Assembly: GCA_029250605.1 (NCBI GenBank)
Contig: JAQXEZ010000016.1
Coordinates: 68,272 to 132,271 of the forward strand
Length of the DNA: 64,000 bases
Reading direction: 5' to 3'
Origin: Candidatus Thalassarchaeaceae archaeon
GTDB lineage: Archaea; Thermoplasmatota; Poseidoniia; Poseidoniales; Thalassarchaeaceae
Shown: positions 9,821-26,000 of the stretch, one piece after another
Layout: each line of letters opens with the position of its first letter
How positions within the stretch are numbered: position 1 is the first letter of the stretch
Position numbers and translations under genes: made by a program
Notes under the pieces: model-generated
Databases searched by the model: none
What the model was told of the DNA's origin: nothing
What the model saw: only the letters and a program-made list of their open reading frames with translations

Positions 9821-9831
9821 ATCTCTCTCTC

Positions 9832-10179
9832 CTAAGCGTTTGAATCCTCATCGTGTCTGAAGCGCAGCTCATCCATGCGCTTTCTCAGTAGGTCCACTAC
9901 TGTGGCCCCTTCGATCATCTCCTTGCGGATCATCTCCCTTGCCGATTGTCTTAGGACAACATCCGCAGGCTCACCAACAATCTTGCAGTAATCCCTCAGC
10001 CTGACAGTTAACTCCGGGCCTAGGTCCACTTCCACTCGATCCCCCTTTCCGGGAAGGGGTGTCGACAGCAACCTCCTCACTGCCTCTCTAATCACGTCGG
10101 ACCTGTTTCTCATCCCATCGAAGCCCACGAGTCTGTCTAGTTCCAGGAGGTGATCCTCTGGAATTCTCAGCGAGACCAT
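9832..10179 (-). CDS. Ribbon-helix-helix (CopG/Arc/MetJ-type) DNA-binding protein with a C-terminal extension
   Basis: MVSLRIPEDHLLELDRLV....RNRSDVIREAVRRLL is the classic RHH beta-strand plus two helices at the N-terminus. The ORF-track start at 10263 lies in the AT-rich repeat region and is unlikely. An alternative start is the GTG at 10197, 8 nt after GGAGG. Confidence 0.75.
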   Translation of the reverse strand: MVSLRIPEDHLLELDRLVGFDGMRNRSDVIREAVRRLLSTPLPGKGDRVEVDLGPELTVRLRDYCKIVGEPADVVLRQSAREMIRKEMIEGATVVDLLRKRMDELRFRHDEDSNA

Positions 10180-10247
10180 TGGACTGTTGCCGGGCACCTC
10201 CTGTTCCTCCTGAGTCTGCGAGAGACGCGTACAGGATATAATTGTAT

Positions 10248-10269
10248 TGCAATTGAAATGCAAATGAAA
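10248..10269. promoter_or_regulatory. Tandem 11-nt direct repeat TGCAATTGAAA / TGCAAATGAAA in the divergent RHH / HD-gene promoter region (candidate RHH operator)
   Basis: Two adjacent 11-nt units differ at one position. They are flanked by the inverted repeat ATTGTATT...AATACAAT. The AT-rich region contains TATA-like GATATAAT and GATATTATT. Confidence 0.45.
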
Positions 10270-10301
10270 TACAATAACGATATTATTGAAACATCCTATT
10301 G

Positions 10302-14852
<4,551 letters not shown>

Positions 14853-14970
14853 TGCCAATCCGTCCCGGCAGAAGGCCATGAATATCACCCCTCCGGGCTC
14901 AATCTTCCCACAGATTTTCCACTCTCACAATCGTGCGAAGGTTCATCCTCCGAATTTCACTGCCAAAGGC

Positions 14971-15654
14971 ATGTCATCGGACTCACTTCCTTGGGATGAC
15001 CCCCTAATCGCACCACTTCTGGTGCTCTGGCTATACCTCCCAGGATATCTTTCCAACACTGCAGCAATGCTAGGGGGGAAGTGGATCCCAGATTTGACAG
15101 GAATCCCCGTTTTCACAATCGATGGAGGCAGGGTGATGTCAGATGGGAACCGAGTTTTGGGTGATGGAAAGACCTGGAATGGCCTAATTGGAGGGACCAT
15201 AGGGGGTGGTCTATTAGGGGTCCTAACTCATTCAATTGCGAATGGAAATACGGTTGATTCTGCTCCATTCCTCGACCCCCTCTCGACATATGGGACGAAC
15301 TCCTCGGAGATCTCGGATGCGTGGTTCTACTTTGGAGGAGATTCGGTTACGGCATTCACAATCGGCTGTGTACTTGGATTGGGGTGCATGGTAGGTGACT
15401 CAGCTGGTTCCTTCGTCAAGCGAAGGCTCGGGCACAAGAGGGAAGGAAGCGTCAGCTCAAAGGCTCCGTTGCTTGACACCATCCCTTTCGCAGCCTCTGC
15501 TTTCGTCTTCGGGCAATTCCTACTCGCACCGTCCATTGTGGGTAGTTCCGAACTCCTGATGGGGATGGCACTACTCCTCTTTGCAACACCAATTCTACAC
15601 AGGTCCTTCAACATCATTGGATATCGATTGGGGCTCAAGTCAGTGCCATACTAG
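14971..15654 (+). CDS. carS: CDP-archaeol synthase (CDP-2,3-bis-O-geranylgeranyl-sn-glycerol synthase)
   Basis: LGDGKTWNGLIGGTIGG, GDSAGSFVKRRLG and the C-terminal IGYRLGLKSVPY closely parallel A. fulgidus CarS (LGDGKTWRGFVGG, GDLCGSFIKRRFG, IAYRLNLKEVPW). The ORF-track extension to 14602 is antisense to the neighbouring gene. Confidence 0.9.
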   Translation: MSSDSLPWDDPLIAPLLVLWLYLPGYLSNTAAMLGGKWIPDLTGIPVFTIDGGRVMSDGNRVLGDGKTWNGLIGGTIGGGLLGVLTHSIANGNTVDSAPFLDPLSTYGTNSSEISDAWFYFGGDSVTAFTIGCVLGLGCMVGDSAGSFVKRRLGHKREGSVSSKAPLLDTIPFAASAFVFGQFLLAPSIVGSSELLMGMALLLFATPILHRSFNIIGYRLGLKSVPY

Positions 15655-15703
15655 GCAACATCTCATGTGCAATCCATTATCACTAGAATAGCGAGCGCGA
15701 ATC

Positions 15704-16975
15704 ATGGCCGGAATGGAAGTACTGGTGGTTGGCTCCGGTGGCCGAGAACACGCATTGGCACTGGGTCTTTCTCAGAGTGATTCCGTTTCTTCAGTCCACT
15801 GCACACCTGGAAACGCTGGCACATCGATGGTTGCTACCAATCACGATATCTCGATTTCTGATATCGAGGGAATCGTCAGTCTAGCAAAGGAATTGATGGT
15901 ATCATTGGTTGTTGTTGGTCCCGAGGCACCACTAGTGGATGGACTATCAGATAGGCTAAGACAGGAATCAATACCCAGCTTCGGACCTCATTCCGAGGGG
16001 GCACTCCTAGAGGGGTCCAAGACTCATGCAAAGACGGTCATGGAGTCACTCGGAGTCCCAACAGGGAGGTTCGAGAGGATTGAAGAAATTGACTCAATAG
16101 ATGCCAGCTTGGAATCATTTGAACCTCCATGGGTCATCAAGAGAGACGTACTTGCGGGAGGAAAGGGAGTAACTGTTACCTCCTCAAGAAAAGAGGCGCA
16201 TGAAGCGCTGAGAAATGGGATTGAAACAGATGGTTTTGTCCTCATGGAAGAGCATCTCTCAGGAGAGGAGGCCTCAGTTCTAGTGATCATGGACGAGTCT
16301 GGTTATGTGATGCTTCCAGCAAGCCAGGACCACAAGAGAGTTGGAAACAATGATGAAGGCCCAAACACCGGGGGAATGGGTGCATATGCGCCCGCTCCAG
16401 TCGCAACACCATCAGTATTGGCCAGGACAAGGGAAGAGATAGTAGAACCAATGCACCACCATCTAAGAAATTCGGAGATGCCCTATCGTGGCTGCCTATA
16501 CGTTGGTCTGATGATCGATGAGGATGGAGCTCCGAGTGTTGTTGAGTTCAATGTGAGGCTCGGAGATCCGGAGGCCCAGGTCACTATTCCGTTGTTCCAG
16601 TCAGATTTGGGGCTGGTTCTTCTTGCAGTTGCGCAGGGAAAACTTGCAGACATTGAAGTTGAATTCAAAAAAGTCCACGCTGCAACAGTTGTCCTAGCAG
16701 CAGAGGGATATCCCGGGAATGTTGTTTCGGGTAGGCTGATCGAAGGCTGGGATGCAACAATAGAAGAAGGACAGGTTCTCGGCTTTGTCCATCTTGCCGG
16801 AGCAAACAGGAAGGATTCAGGAGAACTAATCTCAATTGGGGGGCGGGTACTCTCGGCAACTGGAATTGCGCCTACACTTGGCGAGGCATTGGAGGCCTCA
16901 TACCAGATAATTGGGGGGATCGAACTGGACGGCTCCCATTACAGGGAAGACATCGGTTTCCGTGCACTTCCGTGA
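15704..16975 (+). CDS. purD: Phosphoribosylamine-glycine ligase
   Basis: MEVLVVGSGGREHALALGL N-terminus. ATP-grasp region VIKRDVLAGGKGV. GPNTGGMGAYAP and VEFNVRLGDPE motifs. Confidence 0.93.
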   Translation: MAGMEVLVVGSGGREHALALGLSQSDSVSSVHCTPGNAGTSMVATNHDISISDIEGIVSLAKELMVSLVVVGPEAPLVDGLSDRLRQESIPSFGPHSEGALLEGSKTHAKTVMESLGVPTGRFERIEEIDSIDASLESFEPPWVIKRDVLAGGKGVTVTSSRKEAHEALRNGIETDGFVLMEEHLSGEEASVLVIMDESGYVMLPASQDHKRVGNNDEGPNTGGMGAYAPAPVATPSVLARTREEIVEPMHHHLRNSEMPYRGCLYVGLMIDEDGAPSVVEFNVRLGDPEAQVTIPLFQSDLGLVLLAVAQGKLADIEVEFKKVHAATVVLAAEGYPGNVVSGRLIEGWDATIEEGQVLGFVHLAGANRKDSGELISIGGRVLSATGIAPTLGEALEASYQIIGGIELDGSHYREDIGFRALP

Positions 16976-17041
16976 TGAAAAATAGCACCAATCTAGGGGT
17001 TCTCTTTCCAATCCGTTCTACGAACGGTTAAAACAAGCGTT

Positions 17042-20000
17042 TTGGTCGGCGCGATGCTGAGTTATTGGCAAATAGGTCCGGTGGATGGGATGGAACAGGA
17101 GAAAGATACCCTTCAAGTTGTTCAATTCAACAACCTTGCCGCACCCGTTGCTATCACTCTGGCACTACTTGGTTTGACTATCGTCGCCTCCTCTCTGGAA
17201 GGCAGAGAAGTAGACGGCGATTTCCTCTCTACAGCCATCCTGATATCACTATCAGTGTTAATACCAGCATGTATTGGCAGGTCTTCCTGGCTGATTCCTC
17301 TTGATTCCGGAGCCCTACGTGTCGGCGCTATCACTCTCGCGGCATCACTCATAGGAATAATTGCAAATTCAGCAGATCCAGAAAATTTCAACCATATGTT
17401 CGTTGCCACATTCGTCTTTGTTGGATTCGCTTCAGCCGCCTTAAACGAATCAGAACGATTTGAAGAGTCTGCAACCTTCCTCTCAATAGTTCTGGGGGTG
17501 CGTCTTGCGGCATTCTATGCAGGAGGACTCATCATCGCTCAAAGTGACTCTCTTGCTGTGATCGACACCGTCAGGGAATCAATCGGAGCCGCATTCTTCT
17601 CATTCTGGCTCGCTTCAATATCACTCGGTTTCCTTGTGATGGTCGGACTAAGGGGGACAATCGAGAATCGGGGCACAGGGAATCTAATGGCCAATCTTCC
17701 AAACATTAGGGAGAACCCAGAGGTGGGAATTTACGCGTCTCTAGTATTCGCTAGTTTCTTGGTTCCACTAATCTGGATCGGCCAGATTGACTCTCTCCAG
17801 GATTTCTCTCAGCAGAATCACATTGGATTGGCATGGGCATCATTCTCTGTATTAGTGATCTTCATTCATGCATTCTTCAGAGCAGAGGGGTGGCACGTAT
17901 TGGGTGCACTTCTGGCAGTGAACTGGATTCTTTACTCCATTGGCCATATTCATGAGATTGGTAACGAATTACCATCCTTATTCTCCGAGGACGGATTCAT
18001 TGGCTCCTTCACCTGGTTCTTCCTATGGTTCTGGATGAACTTCTTCACACTCTTCTTTGCTTCCAGAGGTGTTTTCGGAGATATCGCCCCTAGAAGGGAG
18101 AGGAGTGGATTCAGAGTCTGGTGGGATGTCAACTCCTACGTAGTGATGGTCACTCTTGCCTTCTTGATAGCACTCATCGTTAGAACCGCATGGAACGTAA
18201 TCCCGGCAATGAATGCGAATGGAACCGGGCTATGGGACATGACCGGTGGTTCTGATCCTTGGTACATGAAGAGAGTAGTGGACTACGTTATTGCTGAGAG
18301 GAGCCATCTGATTTTCGATCATGATAGGGCTTACCCATCCGGGGGGATTAATCCAAGGCCACCACTCTTCTCTTGGTCCCTAGCACTAGGTGGTTTGGCT
18401 CTCTCTTGGATTCTTGAGATTCCAGCCGATCAAGCAGTGTGGTGGTCCATGTCGGCTCTACCAGCAGTCTACGGCGCCCTCATAGTCCTCCCAATTGCTG
18501 GGATAGCCTCACGCGTACACAGCAGGAGAGCGGGCATCATTGCAGCATGGTTGATAGCACTAATGCCGGGTCACATGAGCCGCTCAACATTCGCAATGTC
18601 GGACCACGACTCCTTCGCAATGCTTTTCCTGGCAATAGCATTCTACTACTGGATCAGGGCGATTGGGCATATTGATCACAATAAAATCTTCAAGTCAACT
18701 AGCACAAACCCTCTGTACATTATCGCAGGAATGAGGGAGACGTGGAAGAGGAACCCCTCATTGATGGCAAATGCTTCAATGGCCGGAATCGCTTTCTCAA
18801 TCATGGCCCTTGGGTGGAAAGGATTCGTTTACGGACCGGGAATCCTCTTCCTTGCTTACTCATTCCAAGTTGCGATCAACATTTTCAAAGGAAGGGATAG
18901 CCTTCAATTTACCTCTGCAGCCCTTCAAATGATGCTAGTCGCAATCCTCATTCCGACTCCATTCTATGCCTGGCCGGGAATGAATCTCCTTTTCGCACCC
19001 AGTGGAATGCAGCCTATGTTCTACATAATCGGGTTCACATTCGCGATGGGATGGGTGTCTAGCTCATTCAGGGACAAGCCTTGGCTGTTGGTAGTCCTAG
19101 GGGGGAGCGCCTTATTCGGTTCGATACTCGCTTTGCTATACATTCTCCAAGTTAGAGACCTTTTCAATGGATGGGACATTCTCTTTACCGGCGGTTTTTA
19201 CTTCTCCAAGAACAAGATCTTCGGCACTATCGGTGAGGCGCAAGCTCCCGAGAGGGGCGTTCTTTTCGCATCCTACGGCCCCATAGTGGCTCTAATCGCA
19301 ATAGGTTGCGCATTCTTGCTATTGTGGAGGGGTAGTAGGAAGAACAAGTCAGATCTAACTCTTCTTGGACTCTGGACCATTATCGCCACATACATGGCAT
19401 GGTCAGCCGGCCGTTTCATAATCAACGCCACCCCAGTAATCGCAGTAGTGGGGGGAATCGGGATTTCCATGCTATGGGGAGCAGCAAGTTTACCAGCCTT
19501 CACCAAGGTATGGAGGAACTCTGGGATCGGAACCCCAAGGACCCGTTTCAAGTCTCTATGGCCGGCCACCAAAGCACGTCCAGGAGTTCCAGCCATGGTC
19601 ATGGTTTTGCTCCTCATCACATCTCAACACGCGACTTATGGGATCGATGCTGGAATCCCAAGAGGTGATCAGTCTGCGAACGAAATTGACCAGAGCCTAT
19701 ACGACATCGTCCCGGACATACTGAGGCAAGACTTGCTAGGTCTCTTTTCAGTCATGAATGGCGATACGTACGACCAAAGCGATTCTGGCCTATGGTACAT
19801 GGGTACTTTCGGCCCAAGCTTCAATTCACAGGGCTGGAATGAGGCATATGACTGGCTCTCCCAGCAAGATAGCGAAACACCATTCAGCGATCGTCCCGCC
19901 TTTGTTTCCTGGTGGGACTATGGTTTCCAAGCCTTGGCTTCCGGACAGCATCCCACGGTTGCCGACAACTTCCAGTCTGGAATACCAAACAGTGGGGCAA

Positions 20001-23000
20001 TGTTACTATCAGGAGGCCAGGAAGATACACTTTCTCTGTTCATAACAACCCTGGCGATGGGCGACAAGAGCATCAACAATGGCCAACTCGGTGAATCCTT
20101 CCTATCCGTCCTAGAGGGTCACATGACTCCAGAACAGGTCCAGGAGTTCGAAGCTATCACTTCCAATACCAACAAGGGGTTTGTCCAAGATCGTTTGATG
20201 GCCGTCGTTGCGGAATATGGGAGTGCCGAATTGCTCCAGGGTGAACCCCTGGACAGCAATGGGCTGACATGCTCCGATCCTTGTTTGGATGCCTATGTTG
20301 TATTGGTAAACGGGGAACCATTCGGTGAAGCCACCACCAATTCATCCGAGGCAATGGCACTCTTCGATCAGGCTCGCGGGTCAGAATCCACGTTCGAGTT
20401 GGCAGAATTCGATGACGCAAGTCACTACGATATGGCAGGATACCGATATACCAGAGACATCATCGACGACTACGATGATCTCTCGACCGCGCTCCACAGG
20501 ACCAATGCCAAGTTCGGCTTGGCTCGTGCGTTCCTAATCACGGCCTTCTCGCTCGATGATCTCGTACAGATATATGACGGAATCTCATCAATCGACACGT
20601 ACGAGGTCTCAGATTACGAAGAGTCGCATGGGAGTACAACCTCGAGGAACCACGAGATTCGGTACTTCGCTGTAGATAACCGGCTATATCCACTTGGAGG
20701 GATGTACTACCAGGACTATCAGTCGTACCATAGGGGGCAAACTACTGGAATCTTTCATGCTCCAACTCATCTTTCTGGTCTAGACATCGACTCATACATT
20801 ACAACAACTTACGAAACAAATCAGGGTGATTTTTCCCCTGAGGTGTTCCAAAACATGTACTTGGAGGACCTCAAGGCTCAGGCTTCCGGAGCATCTACTG
20901 GCGAGGACATGATTCAGATGACGGATATGAACTATCAGCATCTGGACAGTTTCTTCGACACGATGATCGCAAGGACATATGTCGGCTATGGGACTTCCAC
21001 GTTGGGGCTTCCATCGATAAGCGGCCAAGTAGGAGATGCCGACACGCCTTCTACTTGGATTCTACCAAACTCGCTTACGGGGACTCCAGGGAGCTATCTA
21101 CAGGGAGCAATGGCACTTCCAGGGGCAATGATGAATCACTTCGTACTATCCAATTGGTACGATCCGACAAATGGTACTTCCTGTGAAGAAATTCAGATTA
21201 CAGGCTCTGCTTCAACAGTAGCGGACAGTTCTCAATTGTCGGAAGTCTCACTCTATTCAGAGGACAGCCTCTCATCAGGATGGTCCCAGATTCAATCAGG
21301 AGGCCCTTGGAAGATGACCCAAGTGGAAGATGGAGTCATCCCCATGAACGCCTCAACTACCAATTATGACCCCGACGAAGAGACGCTCTCAATCAGTTCA
21401 GCAGCTTCATCTTCTGCTAATGATACCGAATTCACCCTAACAGGAAAGGTGGACAAGTACTGCGGCTCGATTTATGACTCCAACAGGAATGTAAAGATCC
21501 TGAAGTACTACAGTGGCGCAACACTACAGGGCACTGTCTCGCTAGAAGGAGTCGGACCAGTGCCCAATGCAAGGATCCTAATCGAGAGAGACGCTTTCAG
21601 CGGAGATGAGTCCGCGGACGAAGAAGGCCATGTCGTAGACAACGACTCCAGAACATACTGGATACCAATTGGGAGTACTCAAGCAGACGAGAATGGCCAC
21701 TTCTCTTTCACCGCTCCAGCTGGAAAAATCCGCGTCTCTGCTTTCACAGGCGATCCAGACTTGGATGCAGCCAGAACATCCCTATTATCAGGTTCTGCCA
21801 ACCTAATGTCAGAACTTTTCTCAGAGACATCCCAGAACCGAGCCGTAAACCCAGTAACTGGAATCCTGGGCAACGTCTACGGGTCAACATGGCTCTCTGA
21901 GACAATAGTGAACATTTCTGGGTCAGATGGACACAGCAATGGACAATCCGTCATTGAGGCCCCAATATCGGTATCCCCATCAACTGCTTCAGGAATACTC
22001 TCATGGTCGGGCGAACTTGATTTCGATGGGGACCCTGTTCTTTCTGCCAACATTACCCTCACTCCTTCTTCAGAAGATGTAGTAATCCAACCCTATGAGG
22101 TCATTACTTCTGATGGGAGCATGGTCGGGGAAGACTTGAGATTCAGTGGTATAGGGGAGGTCACATTCCTGGGGGAGGGAACTATGGAGAGCATGGGAGC
22201 AGTATCTGTTCACGACTTCACTGGTACTCATACTCAAGCTGTATTCGATAACCACAGTATTACTGGAGAAGGGCAATTCTCTGGAAAGGGTATGATCGAT
22301 GGCACACTATCGGGCGAGTTCCCAAATTGCTCTGGAGATTCAGTCCCCGAAGGTTCTGATGCATGCATTAACGAAGAGGGGCACTATCTCTTGGAAGGAA
22401 TAGCAAACGGCTCTGGAAAGTTCACATCACAGGGAGTCAGTGAATTCACCAGGGAACTCTCCCAGGCCACATTCATCGGTTCAGGCAACTTTGCCACAGT
22501 CCCTTCGGATGACCTTGTCACATTTGGGACAATTAATGGAACTGGTACTTTCTCGGGTCACGGATCGTTCAGTGGACCTATGGTACGACCAGGTTCCTTC
22601 CATATCGTCGACGCCCTCCCTGGGGAGTACGTCGTTTCAGTGGATTTCGGAACCGGGGATCCTGTGGAGATTGTGCAACCATTCGTAATCCCTCTGACTT
22701 CTTCTGAGATTCAGACTCCTGTATCTATCACTGGAGGCGCGATCAAGGGAACTGTCTCGATTTTCACAGGTAGGCCATTGTCGAGTGAGGTTTCGATTTT
22801 CTCGATCAATGGCTCTAGTGAGGATTCCAATGAAGAGTGCCAAGGCGTCATCACTCAACCATGTTTCGTCATTCCTGACGAAAGCGGTTCTTTCGAGGTC
22901 GGACCAATAGTCCCAGGCTCTTACATCGCAGAGGTAGATATCGATGACGACGGTTTCCCAGAGCTCTCTCAGGCATTCACGTTCGAATCCGGATTAGCAT

Positions 23001-26000
23001 CTCTAGTGTCCTTCCCTTCTGAAGTACCTCAAACATCCGATATCACATTCACTCTCTCCGATGACGGAATCAGTGTTGATGACCTTCATTTGCAATTTAT
23101 ACCCGAGGATCTTTCCAGAAGTGCAGTCACAGCAATGTTCGACAATGAGTCAAAGACTTACCATGCCGAGTTGAACCCAGGCAATTGGATACTCAATTAC
23201 ACACTTAGCGATGAGAAGCAACTGTGGCAGCGCATATCTATCGGTAGTATTGATGTCAGCGACTCTTTCGAGTTCCTGGTTAGCCAGGTCGTTAGTGGGG
23301 TCGTGATCGACTCAGTTAAGGGGGACGAAATTTCAGATCCACTGTTGTCCAGAGTGACCAACCAGGAGGTTATGTTCCAATGGCAGGGATTCACTCTCAA
23401 ATCCGTAACCGACTCATCTGGAGAATTCAGCGTTATCCTCCCACAAGGTGCCTTTGTCCATGCAACCGTGGAGAGAATGGTCGGAGCAGGTGGATTCTTC
23501 TCCAACGGCACGAGCTTCCAAGTGACAGATTCGATGGAAAATATCACAATCGAACTCACTGAATCAACAATGGTCCTCGGAGAAGTAAGCCTCAATCGTG
23601 AAGGAAACACGTACAACCAAGGATTCTCCGGATGGACTCCCGTATTTGCCAAAGCAAACAACTTGGACGGAACAACAGACGCCGTTTGGAGGGAAGAGGT
23701 GGATGACCTCGGGCGATTCGACATGCTGCTGCCTCTAGGTAACTGGTCTTTCACATTGGAAGCCGGCAGTGAAATGACTGCCAATGCCGTAGTCAAGGAA
23801 ATCAACACAACCTCAGAACCCCTGGTCGAGCTCCTGGTACTTCCAACAAATATTTCTGTGGAGATAGATTTCTTCATCGATCATATGGGCGATAACAACG
23901 CATCCAATGGGACTCCGGTTTCCTATCCATTCGAGATCAAACCACTGTCACCCAATGGTGCAGGTTACACCGTCCCAAGAGAAGGTTCTGAGTGGACCCA
24001 AACAGGTTTGGCAGAACTATCTCTTGAACCGGGAAGGTACCGAATAGTTGTTGAGAGGGCTAACTCTTCTGCAGACGATCCATTCGATACCCTATATGAC
24101 ACAAATGACATCTTCGAAGTTGGGATCGGGTCTTCTACAGTCAAGCGTTCTGTTGGGTTCGAACCAAGATGGTTAGTTAACATCACATTCCGGAATGAGA
24201 GCGGCCAATTACTAGACAACCACGAAGTTAAACTCGAGAACGCCGAAAATGGTTGGATACAAACTTACACAACCAACGAAGATGGTGTGTTGGCCGAGTA
24301 TATTGAAGAGGGGGATTGGATCGTAATTGTAGATGAATTCGAGACAAACTCGGGTGTGTATGAGGGACTGCGAAGGCCGATTTCTGCTACTCAATCGTCG
24401 GCAGGATCCAGATTGAACTTCCAGACAGTCGAACTTGCCTCTGTTACTGTGACTCTCCAATCATCTTCGGATGTGGCAGCACCCGAGTTGGTTGATCTCA
24501 CGATATCTTCACAAGAAGGCCTTGGATCATTCGTAAGTTCGATCGGAGGATTTGATCAACCACTGGAAATAAGGCTGGTACCCGGGTTCTGGAACGTTGA
24601 GATTAACCAGACCAACCAGGACGGAGTCATGACTCTCTTGGAGAATTCTTCGTTGGTTGAAGCCGGTGTAACCGTAGGACCCAATCACCAAGTTTTCCTG
24701 ACCGTACAGAAACTAGTCAGTCTTAGTGGCAAGGTATTCTGGGATCTCGATGATGATGGTGCCCCTGGTTTCTCAGAGGGCCTTTCTAATGCCTCTGTAA
24801 ACATTACCGGAGACCTTGGTTCCCCGACTCATCACTTAATTTCAGATAATGACGGAATCTGGTCCACATTCCTTCCTGTCCAGAGCTCATGGAACATTTC
24901 CGTAGAGAGGGAGGGCTTCGGTACGCAGACTTCTCCAGTCGAAATCGGGGAAACCTCGGTTACCGAAAATATCGAGATTTCAGCTGGCGAGGTTGAAATT
25001 TCCGGCAGCATTTCGTATCCTGACCAGACATGTATTTCCAGCGGCGAGTGGCAAGTTCAGATAATCCCATCCCACGGAATTTCAAGAGACCGCGTCACAG
25101 TATCTGGAAACTCTCTGGGAGAGTGGTCTGCCATGATCCAACCAGGTAGTTGGGTGGCCATGGCAACATCTACATCCGTGACTCCCGAATGCATAGATTT
25201 GATTTCTATCGAACCTCTGGAAGTTGGGGTCGATGGAGCCTCATTAGAATCAGAACTAACAGTTGGGGGAACTCTCAGGCTTGATACCAATTGGTTGGAC
25301 TTCGATGGCAGTGCTCATGATCTTTCCGAGGTTGAGGATTATGACCTAGTCCTAGAATACGGCCCAATTTCATGGTCCGAGGAACTAGGAAGCGATGGTG
25401 TCCTGAATCTGCTAATGATGCCGGGAACGGTACAAGTCTCCAGTAGTTTCGAGTTGGACGAGGGTGTTCGGAACGTGTCCTATTCTGGCGGAAAGGGAAT
25501 TTCTATCAGGGCTGGACAGGTTAGCCCAATGAACACCCTTAGCATCGATAGAGTTTCCAAGCAGAGCGTCTCTGCTACGGTACAAGGGCCTGAAAGAGTG
25601 GAAGTTGTAGAGATTGATGCTACTTGCACCAACGACGATGATGGTGACGGCGTAATCAATGGAGAAGACGTATTCCCGAACGACTCCACGGAGACCGTGG
25701 ATACCGACGGCGACGGGACAGGCGACAACGCCGATGCTGACGACGATGGCGATGGCGATCTTGACGACGTCGACGACTTCCCATTAGGACAAGGGCTGCC
25801 GACAAACTCAGCAGAGGGCTGCAAGTACCAGAACGCTGCGTTCAATGTCTCGGTCGAATACGATGGGCACAACTCCTTCGACGAATACACAATCGTCGGG
25901 ACAGTCCCCAGTGCCGATGGAGTGGATTGGAGTGTCCAGTTCCAAAATTCATCAGGGGAATGGGTGGATTCCTTAACTTTCGACTTGGGCCTGACTGATT

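Noticed and set aside
10180-10263. Upstream extension of the RHH ORF (MHFNCNTIISCTRLS...)
   Set aside because: It runs through the AT-rich repeat and promoter region. RHH proteins start with the beta-strand at their N-terminus (MVSLRIPEDH), so 10179 or the GTG at 10197 is the plausible start.
17013-17027. Hairpin CCGTTC-tac-GAACGG after purD, considered as a terminator
   Set aside because: The stem is only 6 bp with no following oligo-T run. Archaeal termination relies mainly on T-stretches. It is too weak to call.
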